Assembly: GCA_977020255.1 (NCBI GenBank)
Contig: CDROCS010001028.1
Location: forward strand, 62,001 to 126,000
Origin: Obrimoposthia wandeli
Taxonomy: Eukaryota
Direction: 5' to 3'
Length of the DNA: 64,000 nucleotides
The notes below the pieces were generated by a model. That model was not told the origin of the DNA. It saw nothing but the letters and a program-made list of their open reading frames with translations, and did no database searches. Positions 10,193-21,160 of this stretch are shown here, one piece after another (the first letter of the stretch is position 1; each line of letters begins with the position of its first letter). The translations under genes and the position numbers were made by a program.

Positions 10193-10766
10193 ACAAACAA
10201 GTTGGGTAATTTTAGCGGGTGGACAAGCCAGCCGCATGGGCGGCAATGATAAAGGTCTGGTTGAATTAACAGGCAAAGCAATGATCGAGCACGTTATCGG
10301 CACACTCTCTCCACAAACCTCATCGATAACGATTAACGCAAACCGTAATCAAGAACGTTATTCACAGTACGGTTCTGTGTTTGGCGATAGTATTCAAGAC
10401 TATCCCGGTCCTTTAGGTGGTATTCATGCTGCCATTCACCACTTAGAGGATGAATGGATTGGTTTTGTACCCTGCGATTGCCCTCAACTACCTCACGACT
10501 TAGTCGAACGCATGGCCAATGCCTGCTCTGCTGAAGATACAGACATAGCAGTCGCGCATGATGGCGAGCATATTCAACCCGTTGTAACGCTACTTCACCG
10601 TCGTATCTTACCGAAGCTAGAAGCATTTCTAGCCAATGGCGATAGAAAAATCATTCTACTTTACCGCCAGTGCAACATGATCACCGTCGATTTTAGCGAT
10701 CAGCCCAACGCTTTTGTGAATTTAAATACGCCCGAAGAACTACAACAATTTGGACAGACATTATGA
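10179..10766 (+). CDS. mobA: Molybdenum cofactor guanylyltransferase
   Basis: [27 protein letters not shown] and NLNTPEE motifs. Confidence 0.95.
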   Translation: MPSAEQTSWVILAGGQASRMGGNDKGLVELTGKAMIEHVIGTLSPQTSSITINANRNQERYSQYGSVFGDSIQDYPGPLGGIHAAIHHLEDEWIGFVPCDCPQLPHDLVERMANACSAEDTDIAVAHDGEHIQPVVTLLHRRILPKLEAFLANGDRKIILLYRQCNMITVDFSDQPNAFVNLNTPEELQQFGQTL

Positions 10767-12565
10767 GTCAATTTAACGCTTCTCTGCCATTGTTAGGCTT
10801 CGCGGCTTATAGCGGAACAGGTAAAACAACCCTTTTAGAAGCGATGCTGCCTAAATTGGTTGAGCGTGGTATTCGTGTCGCCGTCATTAAACATGCTCAC
10901 CATAATTTTGATATAGACCAAGAAGGTAAAGACAGCTACCGTTTGCGTAAAGCAGGTGCAAGCCAGATGCTAATTTCATCACGCTACCGTCGCGCTCTGG
11001 TAACTGAGACTCCAGAAGAAGAAGCGTCCCTTCCCTATCTCATTGCTCAATTAGACCAAACTCAACTGGACCTCATTTTGGTTGAAGGCTTTAAAAAGCT
11101 CAGTTTTCCAAAAATTGAGTTACATCGTGAAGAAGTCGGTAAACCTTGGTTACACCCTGATGACAACAATATTATTGCGGTTGCCGCTAATGTTGATGCA
11201 GATACTGCGCTGCCTAAACTTGATATTAACAACCTTGAAAAGCTCACTGATTTTGTTGTTGCCTTTGCAAAAGAGAACAATGCATCCAAAGCTAACACGC
11301 AAGAAAACAAACAAGGCTTATTGTGTGGCGATTTAACACCGAGTGGTATGTTGTCTGTCGATGAAGGACGAGAACGTATTCTCAGCCAAATTGAAGCGTT
11401 ACAGAACACCCAAAAAGTCGATTTAAAAGCCGCGCTGGGTCAAATTGTCTCACGCGATATTTTATCTCCCGTCAATGTGCCGCAACACACTAACTCAGCA
11501 ATGGATGGCTACGCCATTCGTGGCGATGATTTAGATCGCGACACCTACAGCGTTGTCGCGCAAGTAATGGCTGGGCATAGCTATGATACACCTCTAGAAA
11601 AAGGCCAAGCTGTACGCATAATGACAGGCGCACCAGTGCCGGAATGTGCAGATACTGTCGTGATGCGTGAGCAAGCAGAACAGACTGGTGACGCCGTCAC
11701 GTTTAATCTAAATATGTCACCAATATATGCAGGTCAAAATGTGCGTCAAGCAGGTGAAGATCTTGCAATTGGACAATGAAACTGCAAGTCAGCTGCGGGA
11801 ACCAGTGGGCACCGGAATTCAGGCCATACCATCGCCTCTTTAGGCATCGATAGTGTAAAAATTAACGCGCCTGTTCGTGTTGCCATCTTCTCGACAGGTG
11901 ATGAAGTTCAACACCCAGGCGAAGCACAAAAAGAAAACTGCATTTACGACTCCAATCGCTACACATTGCATGCCATGCTAACGCAAGCAGGTTGTGACGT
12001 TGTTGACCTTGGCATTATTGAAGACAGTGAAGCATCACTAGAGGCAACATTAGTAAAAGCCAGCGAGCAAGCTGATCTGATTTTATCATCAGGGGGGGTA
12101 TCGGTGGGTGATGCTGACTACATTAAGACAGTGTTAGACAAGCTTGGGCAAATTAATTTCTGGCGAATCAACATGCGTCCGGGGCGTCCACTGGCATTTG
12201 GGCAAATATCAGATACCCCTTTCTTTGGTCTGCCAGGTAACCCAGTTGCTGTCATGGTTGTTTTCCTTCAGTTTGTTGAACCTGCGATTCGTAAACTTCA
12301 AGGTATTAAGAACTGGCAACCAGAAGTAATAAATGCAATCGCTACAGAACGTTTCCGCTCTCGTCCTGAACGTACTGAATATACGCGAGGCATTTTTAGC
12401 TTTGATGCAAATGGCCGCTTAACCGTTAAATCAACCGGGCAACAAGGTTCTGGTATTTTACGTTCGATGAGTGAAGCAAATTGCTTAGTGGAAGTGTTGC
12501 CCGAGCAGGCAAATGCTGAAGTGGGTGATACTGTTCGTGTGATTCCGCTGAAAAGTCGAATTTAA
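10763..12565 (+). pseudogene. moeA: Bifunctional MobB/MoeA fusion; interrupted as read by an in-frame TGA (11777-11779) in a garbled patch, probably a sequence error
   Basis: N-terminal MobB (AAYSGTGKTT, IKHAHH); MoeA motifs NSAMDGYA, IMTGAPVP, STGDE, SSGGVSVG, GLPGNP; both pieces are in the same frame. Confidence 0.9.
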
Positions 12566-12606
12566 AAAGCTGCAAACACATACTCAGTATTAACTGGTAC
12601 ATTATT

Positions 12607-12653
12607 AGCACTCAGTATTCGAGGAAATATCCTCGAATACTGGTGCTTTTTTT
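12607..12653 (+). terminator. Rho-independent terminator of the tup-moe operon
   Basis: AGCAC(T)CAGTATTCGAGG-AAATAT-CCTCGAATACTGGTGCT followed by a T run. Confidence 0.8.
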
Positions 12654-12964
12654 GTTTGCAGCTTCCGTGCTGCTTTATTTTTCCTGAGTCTTCTACACGT
12701 TAGAAGTTGATGTTGTGTGTTGTTCTTTGATGTACAAAATTGCACTCGAAGTATTATTTACACTATTTTTATGTCGTTCTCAGATAAAGCAACCCTAGCC
12801 TAAAATTCGGTATTAACCTGTTTTTATTATGTTTGCGCCGCGAATAATACATAACTATGCTAATAGATGCACTGTAAAACTCACTTATCCCTACACTTAA
12901 TCAGGTTATATGTTATTAACTTTAAATATCGGGTAATTTTAACTCATAAATAAACAGAGGACTT

Positions 12965-13411
12965 ATGTCACCACGACTTTCAATACGCGCTGTTTTTTAT
13001 AAAAATGATAAAATACTGCTGTGTAAGCATCACGATGATCGCGGCTATTGGTATATAACCCCTGGTGGTGGCGTTGAACATGGCGAAACATTAGAAGATG
13101 CTTTTCACCGAGAAATCAAAGAAGAAGTCGGCATAAAAGCTGAAATGGGGAAAGTACTGTGTATACGAGATTTAATATCAGATAGGCAACCAACACGCTA
13201 TCTTCCCGAACATTTCCACCAAGTGGAAATATTTGTAGAAGGTATTAACCCTGTTTTTTCTTATGATGCTCATAATATGGACCCTGCGCAAATTGGCTAC
13301 GAATGGGTAAAACTCGATGATCTTCCTAAGCTACTCTTCTTTCCTTCTAGTCTGGTTGATATTTTTCAATATAAAAAATTTTCAGATATCTATCTAGGCC
13401 ACAAGCTCTAA
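12965..13411 (+). CDS. NUDIX hydrolase
   Basis: Nudix box GGGVEHGETLEDAFHREIKEEVG. Confidence 0.9.
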   Translation: MSPRLSIRAVFYKNDKILLCKHHDDRGYWYITPGGGVEHGETLEDAFHREIKEEVGIKAEMGKVLCIRDLISDRQPTRYLPEHFHQVEIFVEGINPVFSYDAHNMDPAQIGYEWVKLDDLPKLLFFPSSLVDIFQYKKFSDIYLGHKL

Positions 13412-13640
13412 AATGTCGTAACTTATTCTTTTGTTTATGAAATAATCACTTTTACCTCAAATTTATTGATAGATATGACAAAGAATGATTATCAACGCGT
13501 AAATATACTTCACTTTCTGTCATACTCTTAGGTATAACAGGCTGTTTGTTTTCTAAACAGAACATCTGGCTAGACCATTTAAACTGTTTTCTCATGTAGA
13601 ATGGGATGCAGTTAATCACTTAGGTATTAAAAAGTTAAGC

Positions 13641-14357
13641 ATGTTTTTAGACTCGTATTATTCAGAACAAAACGGTGAATTCTCTTTTACTCGTGAGCAA
13701 GCAAGCCACTTCGCAAAAATTATTGCAGGTGATTTCAACCCTATTCACGATGAAGATAACAAGCGTTTTTGTGTACCAGGCGATCTACTTTTTTCTGTGG
13801 TACTTGCAAAAGTGGGTTTAAGCCAAAAAATGCGTTTTGAATTTGCAGGCATGATTAATGATGGCATCGCATTAAGTATTGATACCAAGTCTGATACAGA
13901 CATGTCATTGATTGATGAAAAAGGTAAGGAATACCTGCATATCACCCGAGAAGGTGAAACTACAAACGATCAAGAGCTTATTGGTCAAGTAACGAAAAAC
14001 TATGTACAATTTTCTGGCATGAACTTTCCGCACATCATGGTTCCGCTAATGGAATCAAAACAAATCATGATTAACCCTACCCGCCCATTGGTTATCTATG
14101 AAAGCATGGAACTTGATTTCACACGCCTTGATTTCTCGGCACCCACAGTAGAGCTAACGGATTCTGAAATTACCGTTGAAGGTAAACGTGGTAGCGTTAC
14201 CCTGATGTTCTGTTTCAAAGAAAATGGCGAAGTGGTTGGTACAGGCCGTAAGCGTATGGTGATGAGTGGCTTGAAGCCCTATTGCCAAAACGAAATTGAT
14301 GGGTTGGTTAACCGTTTTAACGAGCGTAAAGATCGATTTTTAAATGTTGCTGCTTAA
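13641..14357 (+). CDS. DUF3581-family protein (hotdog-fold-like)
   Basis: SHFAK.IAGDFNPIHD and FCVPGDLLF motifs of this conserved Vibrionaceae family. Confidence 0.75.
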   Translation: MFLDSYYSEQNGEFSFTREQASHFAKIIAGDFNPIHDEDNKRFCVPGDLLFSVVLAKVGLSQKMRFEFAGMINDGIALSIDTKSDTDMSLIDEKGKEYLHITREGETTNDQELIGQVTKNYVQFSGMNFPHIMVPLMESKQIMINPTRPLVIYESMELDFTRLDFSAPTVELTDSEITVEGKRGSVTLMFCFKENGEVVGTGRKRMVMSGLKPYCQNEIDGLVNRFNERKDRFLNVAA

Positions 14358-14390
14358 AAGCCTATTTCATTTAAACAAATAAAGAATACT

Positions 14391-14414
14391 AAAGCCTGTT
14401 TTTACAGGCTTTTT
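14391..14414 (+). terminator. Rho-independent terminator
   Basis: AAAGCCTGT-TTTT-ACAGGCTTTT. Confidence 0.7.
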
Positions 14415-14447
14415 CTTTATTTGTCATAATAAGATTCAGATAGTATT

Positions 14448-15395
14448 GTGGTACCTAACACCAGTGATAGCAGAAAGGAATCAGCGTTGAATTTACGCCA
14501 AATTGAAGTTTTCTACGCCATCATGAAATCAGGCTCTGTATCTGGTGCGGCGCGCATGCTTCATGTTTCGCAGCCTAACGTTACGCGTATTCTTTCTCAC
14601 ACAGAACATCAGCTCGGTTTTGCTCTTTTTCAACGTATTAAAGGGCGATTGGTGGCAACAGAAGAAGCCCGACAGTTACAGCCTGAAACTGAAAAAATCT
14701 ATCAACAGCTCGGTAATTTGCACTCACTCACCAATAAGATAAAAAAAGGCAGTCAGCACCTTCGTATTGGCGCAACACCGATTCTTGCCACTTCATTACT
14801 AACGCCAACAATTGCAAACGTATGCCAAGATACTAGTCTATCAATTGAACTTGCCACAGATAACCGTGATGGCCTATGCCAAAGTTTAATTCAAAACCAG
14901 TTAGATTTAGCCATTTGCTTTGGTAATAGCACACCACCAGCGATTACCAGCGAGCACCTTTTATCAGATAACATGATTTTGGTCTGTCATCCTAATGATG
15001 CAACGACATTAAAACCCTTACAGTCAAACACCGTTAGCTTGTCAAAACTGTTACTTAACAGCGTGACACCGTCACCAAAAATTATCGGGCTAGATTCACG
15101 AGACCCTTTAGGTTATGCCCTTAATCACGCGATTCATCAAATTGACCCTACCTATCAGCCTCAAATTGTTGTCAGAACCTATAGCGCGGCAGCAGAACTC
15201 GTATTGCAGGGCGCTGGCATCGCGATTGTCGACCCTTGGACAGCGACATTATACGAAGGGAAACTTAAACAATTCAAACTTGAAGCAGATATTTCTTTTT
15301 CTGTTTCCATCTTATTTGCAGATCACAGCCCATTGAATATAACGGCTCAGCAATTTGTATCTCAGTTACGATCAAACATCATCAAGCCAATATAA
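14448..15395 (+). CDS. LysR-family regulator (DgcR-like; likely TTG start at 14487)
   Basis: LysR HTH LRQIEVF...GSVSGAARMLHVSQPNVT; directly upstream of dgcN-dgcA. Confidence 0.9.
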   Translation: MVPNTSDSRKESALNLRQIEVFYAIMKSGSVSGAARMLHVSQPNVTRILSHTEHQLGFALFQRIKGRLVATEEARQLQPETEKIYQQLGNLHSLTNKIKKGSQHLRIGATPILATSLLTPTIANVCQDTSLSIELATDNRDGLCQSLIQNQLDLAICFGNSTPPAITSEHLLSDNMILVCHPNDATTLKPLQSNTVSLSKLLLNSVTPSPKIIGLDSRDPLGYALNHAIHQIDPTYQPQIVVRTYSAAAELVLQGAGIAIVDPWTATLYEGKLKQFKLEADISFSVSILFADHSPLNITAQQFVSQLRSNIIKPI

Positions 15396-15449
15396 ACGCT
15401 GTATAACACTAAAAAATTGTGTCCTGTCGGGTTAACTTAACTCTTCACC

Positions 15450-15466
15450 TATAACGCGACGTTATA
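15450..15466. promoter_or_regulatory. Putative LysR box upstream of dgcN
   Basis: TATAAC-GCGAC-GTTATA palindrome containing T-N11-A. Confidence 0.55.
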
Positions 15467-15583
15467 CCCTTTTACCATATAAGTATTCGGCAACTTAAAG
15501 CATTAATATTACTGTTGTTACATCCCTCGCCTAAGGCGATGTTTTGATCCTACCGATCAAACTCACTAATTCAAGGATGTATA

Positions 15584-16588
15584 ATGCAGATCCCTCAGCC
15601 ATATCTATTATTTCTAGGCGACGTTACCGACCCACTTTCAGCTAAAACGGCGCAAGGCATTCATCAATGGCGCCCAGATGTTTGTGTCGGGCAAATTCGC
15701 CTTACGGATGAAACCGTCACGCTTGGCTTAGATGATCTGTCATTACAAGAAGCAAAAGCACGTGGTGCTAAAACCTTAATAATTGGTACTGCAAATGCTG
15801 GCGGATACATCCCTGCCTCTTGGGTAAATACCCTAGAAGAAGCACTTAAACTAGGCTTTAATATTGCTTCGGGCATGCATCAACGTTTAACAGATTTTCC
15901 TTCATTAAGGGATCTTGCTAAAAAGCATCAATGCCAACTGTTTGATGTACGCCATTATGATAAAAGTCTAGATGTGGGTAATGGTATACCACGAGAAGGA
16001 AAGCGTTTATTGGCAGTTGGTACAGATTGTTCTGTAGGCAAAATGTACACCGCGTTAGCCCTTGAAAAAGAAATGAACCAACAAGGAATAAAATCTAAAT
16101 TTTGTGCAACAGGACAAACCGGAATTTTAATTGCGGGCTCAGGTATTTCTATTGATGCCGTGGTTGCCGATTTCATTTCAGGCTCTGTAGAACGAATTAG
16201 TCCTGCTTTCTGCGACCATGAATGGGATGTAATAGAAGGGCAAGGATCATTATTTAACCCTTCATATGCAGGGGTTAGTTTAGGGTTATTACACGGCTCT
16301 CAGGCTGATGCGTTAGTCTTGTGCCATGAAGTTGGCCGCCAACATATTCGCCATTTACCTCATATGCCAATTCCAGCTATTCACGATGTTTTAAATGCTA
16401 ACCTTCAAGCAGCAAAACTCACTAACCCAAACGCACAATGGGTTGGAATTTGTTTAAATACATCTGCCACCTCTGAACAAGAAGCACTTGAATTATGCCA
16501 CCAATGGTCATCTGAATTCCATTTACCAGTAACAGATCCTGTACGTTTTGGTGTGTCTAGCATTGTCGATAAACTGCATTTAATTTAA
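15584..16588 (+). CDS. dgcN: DUF1611-family protein / D-Glu N-acetyltransferase DgcN-like
   Basis: VGTDCSVGKMYT, ATGQTG, IEGQGSL and LLHGSQ.DALVLCH motifs. Confidence 0.8.
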   Translation: MQIPQPYLLFLGDVTDPLSAKTAQGIHQWRPDVCVGQIRLTDETVTLGLDDLSLQEAKARGAKTLIIGTANAGGYIPASWVNTLEEALKLGFNIASGMHQRLTDFPSLRDLAKKHQCQLFDVRHYDKSLDVGNGIPREGKRLLAVGTDCSVGKMYTALALEKEMNQQGIKSKFCATGQTGILIAGSGISIDAVVADFISGSVERISPAFCDHEWDVIEGQGSLFNPSYAGVSLGLLHGSQADALVLCHEVGRQHIRHLPHMPIPAIHDVLNANLQAAKLTNPNAQWVGICLNTSATSEQEALELCHQWSSEFHLPVTDPVRFGVSSIVDKLHLI

Positions 16589-16616
16589 ACGGACAGTATA
16601 TATAAACGGACAATAC

Positions 16617-17609
16617 ATGATGAAAATTACAGCGGTTCACGAACAGTTCCCTCTCGCGCGTTCATTTACTATTTCCCGTGGGTCACGTACCCATGTTGAT
16701 GTAGTAAAAGTGATCATTGAACACAACGGCATTATCGTAGAAGGTGAATGTACGCCTTACGCACGGTATGGTGAAACGGTTGAATCTGTTATCGAACAAA
16801 TAAAGCACGTCGCCAGTCATGCAGAAGATCAATCCAACTTACATCAATCCTTACCGCAGTTGTTATCAGCAGGTGCTGCTCGTAATGCCATTGATTGTGC
16901 CCTATGGCGCTTAAAACAACAGCAAAAAGGCATAGCGTTTCCAATACAGAGCTTTGGTCTTAAGTCGAATATTATCACGGCAATGACAGTATCAATTGAT
17001 ACGCCGGAGATCATGGCAGAACAAGCTAAAGAGTATTGTGAATTAGGCGCCAAATTACTCAAGGTGAAGCTAGACAGTGAACAAATCCTTGAACGTGTTA
17101 AGGCGATACGCGAAGCGATTCAAGGCATAGCGCCTGATATCAAAATCATTTTAGATGCGAATGAAGCATGGGGAGAATTAGACCTTAACGCCATATTCAA
17201 CCAACTCGCCGAATTAAATATTGCCATGATCGAGCAACCGGTCGCTAAAGGTGAAGATAACAAACTACTCGGTATTCCTCACCCAGTACCACTGTGTGCT
17301 GATGAAAGTTGTCATACTAGCCAAGATTTAGCATTGTTGGTTGGTTGTTATGAAATGGTCAACATCAAGCTAGATAAGACAGGAGGATTAACTGAAGCCC
17401 TAACGCTAGAATCCAAGGCTATTGAAATGGGGTTCACCGTTATGATGGGCTGTATGCTGGGAACATCACTTGCAATGGAAGCTGCACTACCTATCGCAGC
17501 CCGTGCTGAAATCGTTGATTTAGATGGACCCGTTCTATTGGTTCATGACCGTGAGAATGGCTTACGATACCAATCAGGGTATATCGTTCTAAACGATAAC
17601 GGGATATAA
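16617..17609 (+). CDS. dgcA: Dipeptide epimerase / N-acetyl-D-Glu racemase DgcA-like (enolase superfamily)
   Basis: F.ISRG, KVK, DANE, EQP, DES, NIKLDKTGG and DLDGP motifs. Confidence 0.8.
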   Translation: MMKITAVHEQFPLARSFTISRGSRTHVDVVKVIIEHNGIIVEGECTPYARYGETVESVIEQIKHVASHAEDQSNLHQSLPQLLSAGAARNAIDCALWRLKQQQKGIAFPIQSFGLKSNIITAMTVSIDTPEIMAEQAKEYCELGAKLLKVKLDSEQILERVKAIREAIQGIAPDIKIILDANEAWGELDLNAIFNQLAELNIAMIEQPVAKGEDNKLLGIPHPVPLCADESCHTSQDLALLVGCYEMVNIKLDKTGGLTEALTLESKAIEMGFTVMMGCMLGTSLAMEAALPIAARAEIVDLDGPVLLVHDRENGLRYQSGYIVLNDNGI

Positions 17610-17612
17610 CGG

Positions 17613-18533
17613 TTAAACAAGGCTTTCAACACAAATAATTGGTTCTTGGTAAGTCACTTTGAGCCCTTTTTCTTCTAGCTCATCGAATACATCTTCATTA
17701 GCCTCTACAAATGCTTCACTTATTTGATCGCAAATCGCTTCTCCACCAGCACTTAAAGCAATGGCTGAAAACCATGGACTTAGCCTCAAGTTGCCGACAC
17801 TCAGCACTTTCTGAACCCTTTTCATATCATGCTTTACGATCGCAATAATTGCTTTACTCAATGATGTTGCCAATCCAATATTTCGATATTCTGACTTAAC
17901 AAATACAGTATGCAAGGCAAGTTCATAGCTAATTTCATGCTTTGAAAAGGGGAAGCGGTGATCTTCAACATATCGACTAAAACTTGCGATAGCGACTACG
18001 CGACCTTTTAAATACAACTGTAAACAAACATCATTATTGGGGTCTAAAAAACGGGTTATCGGTGAATAACGAATAGCCGCCATATCGCACAATTGCGCAT
18101 TGAACTGCGTACTCTCACCATCATGCAGCAATTCATCTAACACAGGTTTTGATTCACCTAAAGGCGCTAAAATAAGTTTTGCTTCTGGAATAGGCAATAC
18201 TTCCATTAACTCCCCAATGTCTAGCAAGTTAATAGGCGTTAAACATAAATCATCAAGATAGCATTGGCGTCTATGACCAGTTCTTTTTATGCCTTGAGAA
18301 GGCTTAACAACAAACACATCATCATCGCCTTCAAGCGCATGATGGTCAACAATATAGAGGTTGTCTTTTACAGAACATAAATTCAGCTCTGCGGTATTTA
18401 ATACAACGTCTGCCCAAATATCATAGCTATTAATGAGTGAGAGACTTTCACCATCATGTGTAAACAAACTATATCGACAATTACCCATTTCGTTTAACCC
18501 TTGCGCCTTGCCATAACCACTAACGATAAGCAC
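17613..18533 (-). CDS. Hypothetical protein with a GNAT-like C-terminal domain
   Basis: VFVKSEYRNIGLATSL resembles GNAT motif A. Confidence 0.55.
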   Translation of the reverse strand: MLIVSGYGKAQGLNEMGNCRYSLFTHDGESLSLINSYDIWADVVLNTAELNLCSVKDNLYIVDHHALEGDDDVFVVKPSQGIKRTGHRRQCYLDDLCLTPINLLDIGELMEVLPIPEAKLILAPLGESKPVLDELLHDGESTQFNAQLCDMAAIRYSPITRFLDPNNDVCLQLYLKGRVVAIASFSRYVEDHRFPFSKHEISYELALHTVFVKSEYRNIGLATSLSKAIIAIVKHDMKRVQKVLSVGNLRLSPWFSAIALSAGGEAICDQISEAFVEANEDVFDELEEKGLKVTYQEPIICVESLV

Positions 18534-18689
18534 CCTATAGTACTGAATTATTTGCGTTTAGCGTGATTTGTGCCGAGTTATTATGCAACAATGCTGCAAG
18601 CGTCACGCTTTGCGCAGTCTATTGCACAAAAAAAACGCCTTCAAATAAATGAAAGCGTTTATAACAACATAACTCATTATTTCAAATGA

Positions 18690-20642
18690 TTACTGCGTTT
18701 TGGCCTGATAGTAATCCTTCTTATAAGCCAAGCTTCCCCACAATGCATTCGCCCTTGCCATTTCAATCATATTTTCAGGTAATTCTTTCTTTGATAATTG
18801 CGTTGTTTTTTCATCATAATGAAAGCTTTCTGCCACTCTCTCTGGCTGTAAAATAACAACATCATCATTATTGTCCATCCATGCGTAGTTTTTATAAAAT
18901 TGCATCATTGCGCGAAGCTTTGATTCATCAATATTCTTCGTCATATCATGCCCAATCATCGGGCTTGTATTGTCTATTCCGATCATCGACAACAATGTAG
19001 GCGGTAAATCAATCTGGCTGGTTAAACGGTTATCTTGCTTATGTGTTACCCCACCGCCAAAGATGATCGCAGGGATCCGATAATGATCAATGGGTACAAG
19101 TTGATTACCTTTTGCCCGTGAATCATGATCGGCAACAACAACAAAAATAGTGTCATTCCAATAATCAGATGCTTTCGCGTTCTTTATAAATTCGCCCAAT
19201 GCATAATCAGAATACTTAGCTGCATTCTCTCGAGTTTGCTTCGGGAAATTATAAGGCGTAATTCGTCCATCAGGGTAATCAAAAGGGCTATGATTCGATG
19301 ATGTAAAAACTAAACTAAAAAATGGCTGGTTCTTTTGTTCTAATTCCGTGAATTGCTTATGCGCTTTTGTATACAAATCTTCATCTGATGCGCCCCAAGA
19401 ACCAACAAAGTTAAGGTTCTTAAATGTCGGAAAATCTTGCATATCAACAAAGCCATTACCTAAAAAGAAATTCTTCATGTTATCGAAATGACTTTCGCCA
19501 CCATAAATAAACTGAGTATGGTAACCTTTATTTTTCAGCAAACCTGCAATCGTAAAGAAATTGGTCTGACTTTTACCTAGCTTAACAACTGAACGAGCAG
19601 GTGTGGGAGAGAAACCCGTCGTTACCGCTTCTATCCCTCTAACAGAACGCGTACCGGTTGCGTACATGCGCGTAAAGTTCCATCCTTCTTGCATTAGTGC
19701 ATCAATATTGGGTGTAAGTGGTAATCCCCCTAGCCCACCCACATAACGTGCACCTAGGCTTTCTTGTAACAAGATAACTAAATTTTTGGGTTTATCTTTA
19801 TAAGTCGCCTTACGAGTCGTTAATGTAGGCATTGAGTCAGATAAAAACTTATCACTCGAAATACCTGTCGATTCGCGAACCAGTTCAATGATTTTATTCG
19901 AATCCATCGACCCATAATACTTAAACGCATCATCTTCTGAACTCATTTGTTTGATCGCAAATAACAATGAATACGAAGAATTAAGTGTAAGATTATTCAT
20001 TAATGGATCACTGGAGAAAGCAACCATGGCAGGGTTTAAAGGTCGATGTCCTAATGTAGATCGTGCCCCCATCACACAAACGGCAACAACGACAACAGCA
20101 AAAATAGGACGCCAGTGCCAACGGGGGTAGCTCAGGTTAGAGACAAGATGTTTACTCAGCTTCCAACCGCCAACAACTGTAAGAAGCGATACAACTAAAC
20201 CAATAAATAACTCTATTTTATAGCCACTCCAAAGCATACCAAAAACTTCTTTAGGGTAAACTAAGTATTCCACAAACAAGCGATTAGGTCGTACATCATA
20301 TTCCATAATGAATGATGGCGTCACAAGCTCCATATATACAACAAACCATAAACTTGCCACAATCCATAACCGTAGAATAATCAACCATATTCGACCAACA
20401 GTCCCCTTTCTTAAGAATATACATGTCAACAGTGCAGGTAATATCAATAAATAACAGAGACTCGAGATATCAATTCGTAAACCACTGAGCAGAATAGTAG
20501 ACCAGCCAGCAGCATCACTAACGCGATCATGCTGCCACAGGCTTAATCCGACCCGAGAAAATGTAAGTATAAAAAGGCAAATAATGAACGTTGTAAAAAT
20601 AGGGTAAAAAATCCCTGAACGTTTTTTAAAATAAACAAGCAT
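18690..20642 (-). CDS. LTA synthase/MdoB-like sulfatase-family membrane protein (phosphoglycerol transferase-like)
   Basis: N-terminal TM helices; LQESLG, GTRSVRGIE, TSSNHSPF and VADH motifs. Confidence 0.85.
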   Translation of the reverse strand: MLVYFKKRSGIFYPIFTTFIICLFILTFSRVGLSLWQHDRVSDAAGWSTILLSGLRIDISSLCYLLILPALLTCIFLRKGTVGRIWLIILRLWIVASLWFVVYMELVTPSFIMEYDVRPNRLFVEYLVYPKEVFGMLWSGYKIELFIGLVVSLLTVVGGWKLSKHLVSNLSYPRWHWRPIFAVVVVAVCVMGARSTLGHRPLNPAMVAFSSDPLMNNLTLNSSYSLLFAIKQMSSEDDAFKYYGSMDSNKIIELVRESTGISSDKFLSDSMPTLTTRKATYKDKPKNLVILLQESLGARYVGGLGGLPLTPNIDALMQEGWNFTRMYATGTRSVRGIEAVTTGFSPTPARSVVKLGKSQTNFFTIAGLLKNKGYHTQFIYGGESHFDNMKNFFLGNGFVDMQDFPTFKNLNFVGSWGASDEDLYTKAHKQFTELEQKNQPFFSLVFTSSNHSPFDYPDGRITPYNFPKQTRENAAKYSDYALGEFIKNAKASDYWNDTIFVVVADHDSRAKGNQLVPIDHYRIPAIIFGGGVTHKQDNRLTSQIDLPPTLLSMIGIDNTSPMIGHDMTKNIDESKLRAMMQFYKNYAWMDNNDDVVILQPERVAESFHYDEKTTQLSKKELPENMIEMARANALWGSLAYKKDYYQAKTQ

Positions 20643-21160
20643 GTAAAGAACCCCGCCTTATATAAACTAAGTTTCACATTTAATTTTTAATATTTTTTGA
20701 AATAAACATATGAAGTATGAATATTTACAGCAGGATAAAGAACACCGTTCAAAAATTCAAATTACTCTAAACAGAATAAAAGCACATCATTGAACTTATT
20801 TGAAAACTACTAATCAGGATCTGAAATTTAAGACGAAAAAAATTATAATTGACTGTAACTTAAGAATATTACGAAAAAATTATGATATTAATATAATGTT
20901 TATCAAAACCCTGCAGGTTAATAATCAACCAAGAAAATAAATAAGTTCTAAATATTCCGCACTCCTTCTAGTACATTAGCAATATAAATAAAAATATTTA
21001 ACTTCATAAATGTGATTAACATCACCAAATGACAAATGAAAATAATTCTAATAGAAAGCTTATATTCAGAATTGAAAGGGATGCATACGATAACGTCATT
21101 TATCCCTAAATGACGCTTATAAAAACAGATCGCTAAACTATTAACAATTCTTTCGAATAA

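Noticed and set aside
8208-11779. In-frame TGA codons in tupA and moeA as selenocysteine or programmed readthrough
   Set aside because: Both lie inside garbled patches where flanking conserved residues are also lost; neither aligns to a Cys, and no SECIS-like hairpin follows.
13480-13497. Fur-box-like AATGATTATCA upstream of the DUF3581 gene
   Set aside because: Only a partial 7-1-7 match in very AT-rich DNA; expected by chance.
20643-21160. AT-rich intergenic region with repeated ACGAAAAAA(A)TTAT
   Set aside because: Only two imperfect copies in low-complexity DNA; no supportable ORF or structure beyond a terminator hairpin.
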